NCBI GenBank assembly: GCA_001244265.2
Contig: CDLV01000012.1
Span: forward strand, 1,240,001 to 1,304,000
DNA: 64,000 nucleotides
Reading direction: 5' to 3'
From: Microbotryum violaceum
Lineage: Eukaryota
Shown: positions 36,917 to 50,104 of the stretch, piece by piece
How positions within the stretch are numbered: position 1 is the first letter of the stretch
Layout: each line of letters starts with the position of its first letter
Notes under the pieces: generated by a model
Told to the model about the DNA's origin: nothing
The model's input: the letters and a program-made list of their open reading frames with translations, nothing else
The model's database searches: none
Translations under genes and position numbers: made by a program

Positions 36917-39900
36917 TTACGCTTCTACCGCGGCCGTCGGCAAATGCTGCGGACTCGAGTTCGGCATCTCCGCCTCAAGCACTGCTGGCAAAGGTGACGA
37001 GGGGAGATGGTCAAAGATCCGACAACTTTGATCCTCGCCCAACTCGATTCCATCATCGTCCGAATCCTCATCTTCGTCATCGTCATCATCATCATCTCGC
37101 CCGCCGATCCCAACCAACAAACCCTCAGCAGGGATACCTCGGTTAAGATCGAAGCTCGTTTGCATTGCCGCGAGTTTATCGGTCCCCATAGAACTTATGG
37201 AATCCATCGAGTCATCACCTCCCTCTAGAGGATGTTCCAACGAAATGTCCGTCCCCTGAGCAGGTAAATCGAAAGGAAGTCCATCATCTGGATGGCCCAT
37301 CGCTCGGACGAAAGCGGAGATATTGGACGACGTTGAATTGAGTTCGGTGGCGTTCAAGGTTGGAGAAGGGGGACGACGAAGGGGAGAGGTGGAACTTTCA
37401 ATTAAAGAATTGGTGGGAGCAATGGGACTTGATTCGAAGTCGAATGCGGAGTCGAAGTGACCTGAAGGAGGGGGGCGAAAGAGGGCTGAGAGGGGCATGA
37501 TGTCGGAGCCGGTCTGATTGGCATCGTTGGCAAGTCAGTTACAGGTAGCAGAGAAGTTTTGAACGGTATCTCGACTCACATCGCTTTCTCCCAGACTCAA
37601 TACGTTCCGATGGCCACTCGTCTTGAGCGCCCTCTCGAAGGTCGTTGACACGCTCGAGCCTGAGGAAGACGACGGCGAATGTGGTGAAGCGCTCAACAGC
37701 GATCCGGACTCTTCATTCGAGACCTCTTTGAGCTTCGCTTGATCGACTTGGTCCAGATCAATTTCTTGAGGCAAGTTCGAGGCTTCTGGGAAGCTGGTGG
37801 ACTCGTCGTATCCACTTGGCGAAGCCTGGGCGTACTCGGCGAAGATGGCGTCTTGAGGTGTCGTTTCGTCCCAGAGTTGTCCTCCCTCGGTGACCGTCTG
37901 GGGACCATCTCTCACGTGCACCTCTTGCTCTTCTTCCTCGGGTACTTCTTTTGTCTTGGTGACCGAACCGTCGGTTCGATGCTGCTTGAACTGAAGGGGC
38001 GAAGGAGGCGCACCTCGTCGCTTCGGCGAAGACATCAACTTCGAAAAGGACCCGGTTGGACTAAGGGTGGAGGGTGTCTTGGTCGCAGATACGAAGTACG
38101 GTGGGTGAGGAGGGTAGAGCTGGAAGTATGGGTAAGTGACCTTGGCCGCCGAAGTAAGCTTGTTGGTGGGCTCCAGTTCGGTAGAAGGGGTTGTTTGGTG
38201 GGCCGCCGTTCTAGGATCATCGACGACTGCTGCTGCGGATTCGCTTGGCGCGTCGCCATGCAGCAGATCAAGACTCTCGCCCCGTGACGAACATTGGTGT
38301 TCCACGTCCTCCGCAGAGCATTTGACGTCCTCGCGTTCAAAGTCTCCGATCGACTTGTTGCCAGAGCTGGCCTGCTCGCCATCGCTCATCGAGACCTGGT
38401 GTGGAGGGGACATTTTTTTTTGAGATAGATCAAGCAAGGTGACTTCATGAAGATCGGATACTGCCTCAATCGAGGTCATGGCTTGTCCATACTCCACGAT
38501 AGCCGTCGATTCGTGTTCGTCCAGAGACGACCGTTCGGCGAGTGGTTCGAGACAGCAACTCATAGCGTGTGTTTCACGCCTCGGCGACCCCATCCCATCT
38601 CGATCTTGCGTGCTCAGCTGGCGATTTACAGAACTCGATGGTCCAGGAGTCGAAGTCAAGAAATGATCAAACGACTCGAACGCCGTCAATTCGGATCCAA
38701 CCTCGACGGTCTGAAGATCATGAAGCACCTCGAGATCCGTCGTCGAGTCGTGGGAAGTGACGTCAGATGGTACATCCGAGTCGGGCTCTTCCGAATCTTG
38801 GTCTTCATCCTCAAACCCTACGTCGCTCATGTCGCGGAGCATCATACCTCCAAAGCTACCGCGTTCCAAGCCTTCGAGACTCTTGTCCAATCGTGGATCA
38901 AAGTTTGAGTCGTCGCGATCACCAAAGTGCCCACCCAGGGTGGAGCGAACGAGCTCATGCGGGACTTCTTCATCCGTTGAGCGAGCTGGGGTCGTTGATC
39001 GCTGTTCGTGCTCCTCAGGTTGATGCCACACGTAAGACATTGAGCGCCCTCTAAGTCCGACTTGACTTCCACCTCGGTTCCCTTGCAAAGCTCTGTGGGC
39101 CACCTCAGATCCGCGAGGGACATGTCGAAGTTGAGGAGCCGAGAGTATGGGTGTCGAAATGTGGGATGAAGATTGCACAGCTGGTGTCGAGTGGTGGTAT
39201 TCGTTCGGATCGGACGATGAATAGCAATTTGCTAACCAGTACGCTCGTCGAGGGTCAATGTCGAATTCGAGGATACCAGCGATCGCTGTTGAGAAGCGAG
39301 CACCAAGTCAGTGGTTGACGAACTTCACGCGTTTCAGCTAACCCATTGTGCGGAACTCACCGAGCGAAGGACCAAACGGCCCTTGCACACTTTCTCCGAC
39401 AACGCCAAGCGGATCCAAAAATGCGGCCCACAAGGTCCCCCACGTCTCTTCCAATATCCTGGGCTTGAACATCTCGGGCTCGTGAAACTCGTTCGTCGAC
39501 AGCATTGAAGTTGGGCGACTCGATACATCGTCCGGCGCTGTGCTGAGCGAGGCCGAAGTAGCACGAGATATTCGTCTGGCCATAGGAACGGAGGTGGTGA
39601 AGTTGGTCGAATTGTTGAGACAGAGATAGAGAGCGACTCCGCCGATGGAGGGCAAGGAGAATTCTCGCGCGATCAAAGCGACTTGAGCCGAGAGCTATGC
39701 ACGTGGACCAGGATGTGAGGGAAAAAAACAAAAACATCGAAGTACTTGGAAAGCACTCACACTGTTCTGCAGTGGCATCAATACACCACCATCGTATCGT
39801 CCCGAAGCACCGTACGCTCTGGCGAATCCACTTGCCTGTGTTGTGCAAACAAAGCCGAATGAGCCCCTATCCTCTTCAATCATGTCCCTGCAAGCTTACA

Positions 39901-40511
39901 TCATTAGGTGGTGGTGAGTGGGGCAAGATGGGTGGACCCTTGACCATTACCAACCACTTCTTGCTTGTCGGCGCCGGGAACGGAGATTGGTGAGTGCCGG
40001 CGTGGCTGCCACCGAAAGCCCCGTTCTTGAAGTGGACACCCGCCGACAGGGGGGAGCTCGTCGCTCCGATCCGATTGATGGACGATCTCGACCCGACCAA
40101 GTTGACCCGACGTAAGGGTGGCAGTCGAGCGGGTGTCGTCGAGGCTGTTCCAAGTTGACCATTGGAAAGGGGTCTTGCTCTCGCGGCGGTCGGATAGACC
40201 CCATTCGAGGACAAGGGCCTCTGCGCCGTGTCTGGGGGTGAGGGAAGACCGGTTGAAGAGCCTTGAAAGGGCGTATGGAGTGATGCTGCGAAACGATGGG
40301 TCGGCTGGCTGCGGGATGAAGTGTGGTGCACGGTCGTCACAGCAAACGCTGGCCCGTTCGATCCTTGCGAATCGTCCGTGTCGTGGCCGTGGCTGTCGCC
40401 GTCGTCTGTGTCGTCGTCGTCACGGCGCGAGCGTCGGTCGTTGAACGTGAACGACGCCGCCTGCGATGACTCCTCTGCCAGTCCGACGTGCAGTGAGCGA
40501 ACTTCACCCAT
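36917..40511 (-). CDS. Large S/D/E-rich protein with a small ordered N-terminal domain, function unknown
   Basis: The ORFs join through canonical introns. Ordered part: KKWLVMVKGPPILPHSPPP..GVLMPLQNS|LSSQVALIAREFSLPSIGGVALYL..KPRILEETWGTLW..IAGILEFDIDPRRAYW, followed by a long low-complexity region. Confidence 0.7.
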
Positions 40512-41029
40512 CACCCTGGTAGCGGCGGGATCTACGAGGTCAAGTAAGATGACTGAGCTGACTCCGGGCGCGCTGCACCAAAATGTATGTACCGGGCACG
40601 ACACGATCAAACCGATGCTGCAACGCGCTGAGTCACAACGGTCGCGCCCGCGCTCGGCTAGCCTCCTTTCTCGCGCAACGGGCCTGAGCGCAACGCGCTT
40701 ACCCAGGGGCCCCGGTCTCCCCTTCGCACAGACCGAGTCGATCAACCTTGGTGCGCTTTTCCCGTCCTTTTGTTGCTTGGTACAAACCCCAATGCCTATG
40801 AAAAATCACAAGGTGTAGGAAAGTTGAGCTCACACAGAACGCTCGTGGCGGTGAAAAACTTTAGGTTCTTCAATTCTTCAGGCTATCCGCCCCGCCACGC
40901 GTATTTTGGATCCGCGTCGAAAAAGATTATAATTTTCGTAATTCGAGCCTTGCTGCGTTGAGCTGTGCGCATCATGGTGTAGACCATTCTGTGTGTCAAT
41001 AGAGTGCTTTGTGGAAACTACTTAACCAT

Positions 41030-41142
41030 TGAGCGGCCCCAGCCGCCAAGACCGGCCGGATCGGACTTTCCCCATCAAGCCGGAACGAGGTGCGCGCTCG
41101 GTCCGATCTCGGCCAATCTCTTCGGGTCAATAGCACTGCATC
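41030..41142 (+). promoter_or_regulatory. Conserved upstream block of secreted ACBP-like gene 1, paralogous to 42431-42541
   Basis: CCGCCAAGACCGGCCGGATCGGACTTTCCC..GAACGAG..GATCTCGGCC..CTTCGGGTCAA..GCACTGCAT aligns with CCGCCACGACTCGGTCGGAGACCTTCCC..GAACGAG..GGTCTCGGCC..CTTTGGTCAC..GCACTGCAT. Rich in CGG/CCG triplets. Confidence 0.55.
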
Positions 41143-41338
41143 GTGAATGCCAATGGCGACCCTCGCTTCTCCCTCGCTGAGGAATATCCCCGGTTCCTTG
41201 TCTACACGACCGCAACCGCTACTTGCTCTCTCTCGCTTATCCCACTAACTTTGCCGTCTACGTAACTAGTATAGCACCTGGCCGCCTCAAGAAATACTTT
41301 TCGCAATCGGCTTTACCACCCAAGCCACCAAACGCACA

Positions 41339-42080
41339 ATGAAGCTACTGCTCCTGCTTTCCGTACTCGCCTCGGCGCTTCATTTGTCAATGGCGGTCGC
41401 CGTCGAACGACGTGCAGGGATTCTGGCACGTGGAAGTGAGTCAAGAACACGTTCAGTTCGCTCTTGCATTCTGGCATGAAAGTGTTGAACAATGTCGTGC
41501 TGACGGTGCTTTTTTGGCCCCGTTGACTGGCAGTGAGGGCTTGGGCAAATTGTGCTGGGAGAGTTCAACCTTCGCCCGTTGTTTGCTCTGTTCCCAGCGA
41601 TCCGACCCAAGACAGTGAGCCCCCCCCCCCCTTTTTTTTACTTTTTAGATCAGTGTCCTTCCTAGGCAGCTGTTTCCCCCTGGATGAAGACACGCTGACC
41701 CTGGCCGGAACCTTTTAACCATATTTGTGTACACTGACCCCGTCTGCCTTCGCCGCAATGCAGAGATCTATCGTCAATTTGTGAAATCAAAGATCTTCAT
41801 CGATATGGTAGCAATCTGGCGGGATGACTACCTAGTCGAGTTTGGTAAAAAGGAGTCGATGTATGGTCTGTATCAACAAGGAAGCATTGGCGACGTCAAC
41901 ATAGAACAACCATGGGCAATGGTAATGGTCGCACGCAGCAAGTGGGATGCCTGGAACAGGCTTCAAGGAATGCCGTGTAACGAAGCACGGGAGCAATATG
42001 TGAAACAAGCACTCGTCTTTGCTGTTTCCATGGACCAAAAGATTATCGATCAATACGGGAAGCCCATCGTGGACGCTTGA
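41339..42080 (+). CDS. Secreted ACBP-fold protein 1 (164 aa: signal peptide, Cys linker, divergent acyl-CoA-binding domain)
   Basis: Exons 41339-41435, 41534-41614 and 41764-42080 total 495 nt in frame: MKLLLLLSVLASALHLSMAVAVERR..NCAG..VVCSVP..MYGLYQQGSIGDVNIEQPW..SKWDAWNRLQGMPCNEAREQYVKQA. Confidence 0.88.
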
Positions 42081-42707
42081 CTCGTTCCCTTTGAAATAAT
42101 CTCGGTCGCTAGCATATCCATATTTGAAGTCCGAACAGCTCACTGGGCGTAGTGCCATAGATTCGTGGTCTCGAATTGGTGTTAGTAGCCATGAAACGTG
42201 CGAAGGAAAGCGAAGCGGAAGGAGACCGCGAGAGAGACATGGGGCGTCACAGTGGGACTCCTAGTGCCAGCTGACGTAAATACGCTAAATACTCTGCCAA
42301 TTGAAGCCCTAAGGTGGACGCTGCTGAATTATTCCGTCACTGAGCTGAAGTGCTAGGCAATGTATTATGGCCGTGTTTCTGTGAAGTACAAAACATGCAA
42401 GTTATCGCTGGATGAATTCGCCCCGGTAACCGGCTGCCCCGCGCGCACCGCCACGACTCGGTCGGAGACCTTCCCGTTCGAGCGCGAACGAGACGTTCGA
42501 TCGGTCTCGGCCCGCTTCTTTGGTCACTTGCGCACTGCATGCCGGGTCATGCATCGGATCCGGTGTGACGGCTCGCCAGGGTGGATCGGATTCTTGGTCC
42601 ACAAGACTGCAACCTATGCGCTCTTCCTCTCCTTCTCCTTCTACCTGGCACCTTACACACCTCTTGCACCACTGTCATCTTCGGCGGCACGGCCACCCAT
42701 CCGCACA

Positions 42708-43429
42708 ATGAAGCTCCTGTTCCTGCTTTCCGTGCTCGCCTCGGCGCTTCATCTGTCAACTGCGGCCGCTGTCGAACGAAGAAGGGACATAACACCCCGA
42801 GGGAGTAAGTGGTTACCCTCCGATTTACTCTAGCTTCGGTCGAACCATTGGAAGCAAAACATCTTGCTGATGTTATTGTACGACTTTTCCGATGGGCAGT
42901 GAGCGCAACTGTAGATTGCGCCGGCTCGGCGGGGCCCGTCGTTTGCTCCGTTCCTAACGATCTCTCCCGAGACTGTAAGTCACAATTTGCGCCATCATTT
43001 AACCGGTGGTAGACCGAAAACCTTTGGAGAGGCAGATCGAATCACAAAACCTGATACTTCCCACTATTCTATTTGCTCAAACCCACCTCGTCGCCTGCGT
43101 CATGTCTTGCAGGGATTTATCGCCAGTTCGTCAAAGCGCAAGACTTTTTCAGTATGGTGGCCAAGATGCGAAAAGACGATATCATCATGCTCGATGACAG
43201 CATATCGATTTATGCTCTCCTCCAACAAGGCCAGTTCGGCGATGTCAATATACCGATTCCATGGGCTCTGGAACTTCACAAGCGCAAGAAGTGGGAGCTG
43301 TGGCGCGAGGTGAAGGGCATGTCGTGCTTGAACGCCAGAGCCAGGTATACGCAAGAAGCGCTCAGGATGATGTCTAAGATGGACTGGGAGGTTATCGATG
43401 AATACCAGCAGGCTATTATGGAAGCTTGA
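42708..43429 (+). CDS. Secreted ACBP-fold protein 2 (162 aa), tandem paralog
   Basis: Exons 42708-42804, 42900-42974 and 43113-43429 total 489 nt, with the same intron positions and phases as gene 1: MKLLFLLSVLASALHLSTAAAVERRR..DCAG..VVCSVP..IYALLQQGQFGDVNIPIPW..KKWELWREVKGMSCLNARARYTQEA. Confidence 0.88.
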
Positions 43430-44004
43430 TCCGCTACGGGGTTTCAAGTCGTTACCACACCTTGTGTCGAACCCCATTTAGTAGGACTCTGGTGCTTCGT
43501 CAGCATTTCCAGTATAATCGGCATATAGAGATATAGAACCTTGAAGAGAAATTGATTCAAGGTCGCTGAAGATTGTAACCTGAGGCGTCACCAACATGGG
43601 ACGGAGCTCGGCAGGATACAGACTCAGTAGAAACCAATTAAACAAGCCACCACTTCGTTAGGATCCCGCTCATAGTGCCCGCAGGTGATAATATACGATG
43701 CTGCTCCTACCGAACTTTAATGATCAAGTCAACAAGAAACACTTTGAAGAACTAGGGTGAACCACGGCAGCCTACTAGCCATGCCGAAAACCTGAGCTTC
43801 CGCGAGACCAGAGAGCGGAGCCGGCCCAGCCTCAAAGAACTTCCCCTTTGGGCCTAACGGACTCGGAATTGTCCCTTTGTGAAGACGTGGACGCATGCTT
43901 CAGGGCCGTGATTCAGAAGTGGTGCAGAGAGCGGTCAGCGCTCAAATTACACTGGATCATACTCCGACACTAAACTTCCTCTACCTTTTCTTGTTGTCTT
44001 GGGC

Positions 44005-44374
44005 ATCAGTGAGCGCGACCAGTGAATACATGTCTTTTCTCTACCTGTGAGTCACGGCCTTTTCACCCTCCCCTCCGAACCCGTCAGGTCTCTTCGCGTT
44101 GATCCCTGTCATACCGTGGTCAGTATACGCTGAGAGATCCAAGGAGATTTTACCCCTGTTGGCATTGTTCGTTCTCAATGTATCGTTGAGTAAGCTCTTG
44201 CCTTTCGACCTTGAGTTGGAGCAGTTCGAATTCATTCGTCATGCGCGCGCTCGACGAGCAGAGGCGCGACTCTTCCCCTTTGAAGATCAAGGAGACTCAA
44301 TGACAACGTACGGTCTTTTCGAACAAGCCTCCAAGGGAGACATCACTCAATATCGTCCCGAGTTGACTATGTAA
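44005..44374 (+). pseudogene. Third, truncated ACBP-like paralog
   Basis: DSMTTYGLFEQASKGDITQYRPELTM* matches ACBP helix 2 and the GD..P loop, then stops before KWxxW. CAGTGAGCGCGAC at ~44007 resembles the exon-2 acceptor of gene 2. Confidence 0.6.
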
Positions 44375-44624
44375 TTTCATTATTATCTCCGATTATCACC
44401 TCCACCCCCTGCAGCAACTTATCCCCCGATCCATCACCCAAGAGACGCACAGGTCTCCTCACGCGAGCATGTTGCATTCACACCAAAAAGAAAGAGGAAC
44501 AAAAGTCCTGCACTGTTCTCTATCCATATCAAGGGTAAGACTTTGTTACTGTATGGTTTCTTCGAAGCGCTCCCTGGTTTTGATTCTGACAAACGTTGAA
44601 GTCAGGGTCAAAATTCGGGGGCAT

Positions 44625-47331
44625 TTAGACGTGTGTGATGACGCCAGCTTCTTTCCGCGCTTTAGTCATGGCTGCAAAATAGCACGTAACCAACGATTCA
44701 TCAGTTCCTACGCCCACGCCACTGCACAAAGAACCTGCAGATCGCGACGTACCAGCAATAACGGCCGCCCCAACGCCGGACCCGTCTTCAGCATGGTAAG
44801 TCTTGATGCCTCTGTAAGCAAATCGTCGCCATCACACATCAGTCCAGCCCCTCAATGCGGGGCACCTGATGCCACCGAGGGTGTCGTCACACACCGTCCC
44901 TTCTCGCCAAAGATGTCCTGCAAGGCCTCGGAGATGCGTTCGGGGAACTTGGGATATTTCTGTGTCACGATCGCAACGAGAGCTGGAAATTAGGATACAT
45001 TTCTACCTCATCTGAACACCTGGGCCATGTTGGGACTGACGTTGTAAAGCGATCCATCCGTTGCGACGCCGCACCCTTCCTCGAGGTAACCCTGCTTCGA
45101 AACGATGGCCGCGATACCGCAGGCCGAAAGTCGAGCGGCACGGGTTCCGATGAGTTGCGCGAGACGGCGGAAGAATTGACGTTCCTTGATCGTAGTGTCG
45201 AGCGAGTAGAAATGCGCGAACAGGCCGGTGACCGTCAAGAGCTCGTCCGTGTTGTCGCTGTGCGAGAGAAACTCCCCCCGACAGTGATCAGCTCCAGCGA
45301 TCGGGATCAGGACTGTGCTTCGCTCCACGTACCTCTCGATCAAGGACAAGAAAGCCGTATCGAACGCATAAGGCTTCTCGACCTTGTACGCCTCTTGACC
45401 GAGAAACAAAATGCCCTCATCGATCATCTCGCACATGACCAAACGGAAGATCTCGCCCAAGTACAAGCCCGCAATCATCTTCTCGAACGCCTGTTCGCCC
45501 GGCTTGTTGGACGACTCGTCGATGACGATGTCGTACGAGGTGCGGGGGAGGTTCTCGTGCGTCGACGAGTCAAAGGCACCCCATTCGCAGTTGATCGCCA
45601 TCTCGGCGTCCGGGGGAAGTCCGAGGTCCTTGATCTTGGTGATGGCGGAGATCTTCTCCATATAGCTGATACCTCCCCCGAGTGAAAAGACGAGGTCAGA
45701 TAACCGCTCCCCCAGAAGTGCACCGCCCTTGCCCTCACTCGCTCTACGGGACGTACGCAGCATTGCACCCCGTTCCAAAGATGACACCCGCACGCGTCCT
45801 GGGCTCGACATAAGCAGAAGCGATCAAAGTTCCCGTCGTATCATTGATAAGGGCGACGAGCTCGACGGGGACGTCGAACTTTTTAAGCGAATCTTTGAAC
45901 ATCTGAGCGACGTCATGGTTCTCGATGTTGGGAGCGCCGAAGCCTTTGGTCCAGCGCAACAAGACACCGTGGTCGATCCTCTCTTGGCTGTTCGGGATCG
46001 GGGTCAGTCAGGATGGCCAACAACGCGTTTTCGACGACTCCTCGAGGACGCGAGACTGACATGCAAGGATAACTAAACGTGAACCCGAGTGCCAACGGTT
46101 CCTCGAGGATGACCTCGCCGTTCTCATCGCCGTAATAATCCTGGATGAACTTGTTGAGGCACTCTGAGCAGAAGTCGATCAGATCCTGGCCCTCGCCTTG
46201 CTTCTGTTCCTCGGTCCTGATAAGGCCGAGAGGGACCCAAATCAGCCACCTTGCCTGCTCCGCGGGAATTCCTCTGAGGCGCGAACGTACAACCGGTACT
46301 TTGTCTGCGTAACCTCGAACTTGCCATCACCTTCAAGTTCGACGTGGCAAACGCGCAAGTTGGTTCCTCCCAGATCGACGGCGAGGTATGACCCGATCTC
46401 TTTGCCCGTCGGCCAGCCAAAGACGAACGTAGGGATCATAGGCTGTGTCCCCCGAGTCATTGCCATAGCGTGAGCGATCCCGACTACGGTACGGCTATTA
46501 CGATCTCACTCACCACTTCCTGACCGGTTTGAGTCAAGCCGCGTTCGAGAGTTTCGATAAAGGCGTTGACGATCATACGGCAGCGTTGTGGCGTGACCGA
46601 GAACTGATGTTCGAGCTTGCTCAACCACTCGGCCATATCCTACCACCCACCCAACAAGTACACCATTTGATCAGTCTAATGCATCCCCGTATTCAGTGCT
46701 GTATACGATGTTCCCCCATCTGCTCTCTCGCTTTGCTTTACGCTCGCCAGCCCCGTCCTCCTCGGTCGCTTCACCCCCCCGCGGACTCGATGACGATGAT
46801 GATGACGCCCCACATCCGCTCTGCGCCAATGCTCCGCCCGCGCTGCCTACGAAAAAGCCCCGCCACGCCGCGGCGTCCCCACACCCGAAGTAGGGGGGAA
46901 ACTTGGTCGTCCAAAAAAAAAAACTGACCTTCTTTGAAGCCGAGGGGGGATTGTGCTCCTCATGGGTACGATGGAAGTGCGATAACAGCTCGCTACGACG
47001 TCCCGTACCGGAGATGGAGCCTCGCGCGGTGGTGGACGCCTGTCAAACACAGAGAGCAGGGGTTATCAAATTCGTGCTTCTTGATCCGTGTGGGGTAAAG
47101 AAGGAAAAAATAATGAGTAGGAGCTTACCCTGCGGAAGGTAGCGCCACTTGGGATCTGCACCGATACGAATCGGGGAGGGAGGAGGAGCGAGTCAGATCG
47201 ATCAAAAAGTCCCGGAGTGGACCCACTCGGGCCCTGATCTTCGTTCGATCATAAGGTACGGTACTCACCTCGGACCTACTCGAACGACGAGTAGACGGTC
47301 TAGATGAGTCGGTCGGCGTAGGCGTGGACAT
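44625..47331 (-). CDS. HXK1: Hexokinase
   Basis: PMIPTFVFGWPTGKEIGSYLAVDLGGTNLRV, LGFTFSYP, LLRWTKGF, ALINDTTGTL, IFGTGCNAAY, INCEWGAFD, FEKMIAGLYLGE, GTRAARLSACGI, DGSLYN, AEDGSGVGAA. The 5' exons include a 27-nt exon. Confidence 0.95.
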
Positions 47332-47781
47332 GGTTTCGAGTCTGCAGAGTGGGGAGGGGACGGAGCGGGATCGAAAGGGATCGGAGCAAAGCGAGCTAGT
47401 GCAAAGAAGCTCTCATTAAATAGGCGCAGATAGGCGCTTCGTTTAGCTGGCAGAGGTGAAACTAGTAACTGCGGCGCGTGCTAATAGACCGAAAGCCAAA
47501 CTATTGAACCTCGTTCAATCGGATCGGGGCCGAGAAAAACTACAATAAGCACGCTTCAGTTCCGTAGGGTAGCCGCAACTATTGACCGACCACCCTCACG
47601 GCAAATGATGTTCCTCTTCCAGTTAGCCGGTACCCGTCGGAAGAAGCTGAGAAACAGCTGACCGGACAATCGGTTTGAAGATCACTTATAAAATCGTAAA
47701 GCGTAAAATATGGGCACAACAATTCTAGACTAACTAGTAAAGAGTGCCAAGGCGTAATGCCAGACCTACGCCGAGTCAACA

Positions 47782-50104
47782 TCATGCAAACGACGGAGGA
47801 ATCGTCAATCCGACATGCTCGAACGCCCATGGAATCCCAATCGTCGCGAACCAGCCGATACCCGAATACTTGCAGACCATCCCCCAAAAAATCAGTACGT
47901 AAATATCTACCCTGTAACGCTCACCACCTTGAAAGTACTCACCACAAACACTTTGGTCAACACATCCGCGTCCCTCCTCACGCGATCGCCATCCTTCTTA
48001 CTCGTGCTTTGACTCAATTTCTCATACCCTTCCCCAACCCCCTCCCCATTCTCGCCCTTGATCTCCCTCTTCTGCTTTTGTCTCAACAAACCTAAAGGAT
48101 CAGTCTCGTCCACCATGACGGAAGGCGAAGGGGAGGAATGGCCTGATCGACTACGGAGTTGATTTTTGAAAGAGGGTGACGAGGCGCCGGTGTAAGATGA
48201 GGTGAGAGGTGTTGGGGTAGGGTCGAGGTCAAGGTCGTTGAGGGAGGGCAAGTCGATGATGGATGGGACAGGGTGGAGCCCTTCGGTTTTCTGATAGGCG
48301 TCGTCTGAGGACGAGAGGGAAAAATCGAGTCCGTCAGGATAGGCGGAGGCTTCGAATCCGCACCATGGGACTTACACTCTGTCGCATCGTGATAATGCCT
48401 CCGAGGCAGGAGGAACGATGAAAAGAACCTAAACAACGGGGGTAGGGTCGCATGACACACTTCCTTGGCGACGAGACGCCATGTGAAGATGGTCAAGATG
48501 CCTGGGTACAACAAGATTGAATAGGGTTCAGCAGTCATTCTCTACGATGACCTCAACGCCGACCCAGAGAAACTGACCCACAACCAATTTAAGCACGACC
48601 GTCCCCATCCAAACGAGCTGTAGAACGCTCTCCCCCCATCCTTTGCCCACGCCCCATCGCACCGTCTCCCCCAACAATTCCCTCGGATGAAAATGATGCC
48701 CCAAGACGATCCCCGCCGCAACACTAACGAACGCGACGGCGTCTTCGAAACAGGGACAATCTTCCGCCGGGGCGGGGTGGACGAAGACGAGGAGGAGGGT
48801 CGAGGGGGCCATGATGAGAGGGACGAGGGGTCCGTTTCGGAGTGTGAAGTGTTCGACGGAGGTTTCGTATACGTAGTACCAGAGCCAGCAGAGGACGCCC
48901 ATGAGGGTTCCGACAATGACGTCTGTGATGGAGTGCTGAGGGATGAGGTGTGGGTTTAGTTCCGATGTAACAGCCAGATGATAGAGAAGGATTCAAACCG
49001 CTCACCATTCCCGTATAAAGCCTGCCAAACACCACACTGACGCAAATAATCGCCAGCACGATATAGCCGACCAAATTGACCAACGAATTTTCGAACCCGG
49101 AATGCCACAGCAACCCCGCAAAATACAACGCCATCGAGACCGTCGTTCTGCGATTCATCGAAGGAAGAAGACAATGAGCCTCTTCCCAAGAATCAAGGCT
49201 AGCTGTGCTCCTGACCTCGATCGACTCACGTCGAATGGGTCGAAGGGAACCCGTATTCCAGGGCGTGGGTCCCGACGGATAACCTCACAAGTGGGGGGGA
49301 ATACGGTCTTGGGACGCAGAGTAGATCCTTCAATACCGAGGTGGTGTATCCTCCTGCGGCCAAAACATAGAGTAACCTGAAGAATGCGGTGTGAAGTGAT
49401 CAGTTTGGTGAGTTCCAACCCCCTGAAAAAACCTTGAAGCATACGAACTGACCCTCTGCCCACACTTCCATGGCCGAACCAAAACGGCATCGGCACACAA
49501 ATCATAAAGAACGAATGGGTGCCCAACAAACTCGTCTTGACGAAGTAATCATCCCTCGCTGGGGTTCTCAAGCTCGCCTGTTCGTCGTCGCATCACCAAT
49601 CAGAGCGTGTAATCGATCGATCAATCAGTCAACTAACTCCCTTTCCCCGTCCCACCTAGGGAAGAATTCTCGCAAGAGTGACGAGTGTAGATGTACCTGT
49701 ATCCAAACCAACGTCCCCATCTCCCTCTGCAAATTCCTCACCAACAGCTTTCTCAAACGATCCCTCCAACCCGGTAACAACGTCGCATAAGTTTGATCGG
49801 ACAACCGACCCAAAGCGAGCTCGCGTACGTGTTCGACGGGGTTTTGTTGAAGCGATCGCGATAGTTCTTGGGGGGAATAAACGACGTCGGTGTCGGATGA
49901 AGTGAGCGGGTGGATGTTGGATGAGGTGCTGATGGTGGGGGTGTCTAGGGGTGTGAAGGCGGCGATGGGTATGTCGTAGGTCGGTGTTGAGAGCGTTGCG
50001 AGGGACGGGCTCGGCAGCAGAAGCGGGGAGGTCGTGGAGGACGAGGTTGAGACATCTACTGATGGCGGGTCTTGGGCAACATTCGACGTGCGTGGAGGTG
50101 CCAT
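47782..50104 (-). CDS. LCB3: Long-chain-base (dihydrosphingosine-1-phosphate) phosphatase, PAP2 family
   Basis: YFVKTSLLGTHSFF, KDLLCVPRP (C1), EYGFPSTHS (C2), GRLYTGM|HSITD (C3), HPAPAEDCPCFEDAVAF, DADVLTK..YSGIGW. Confidence 0.92.
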
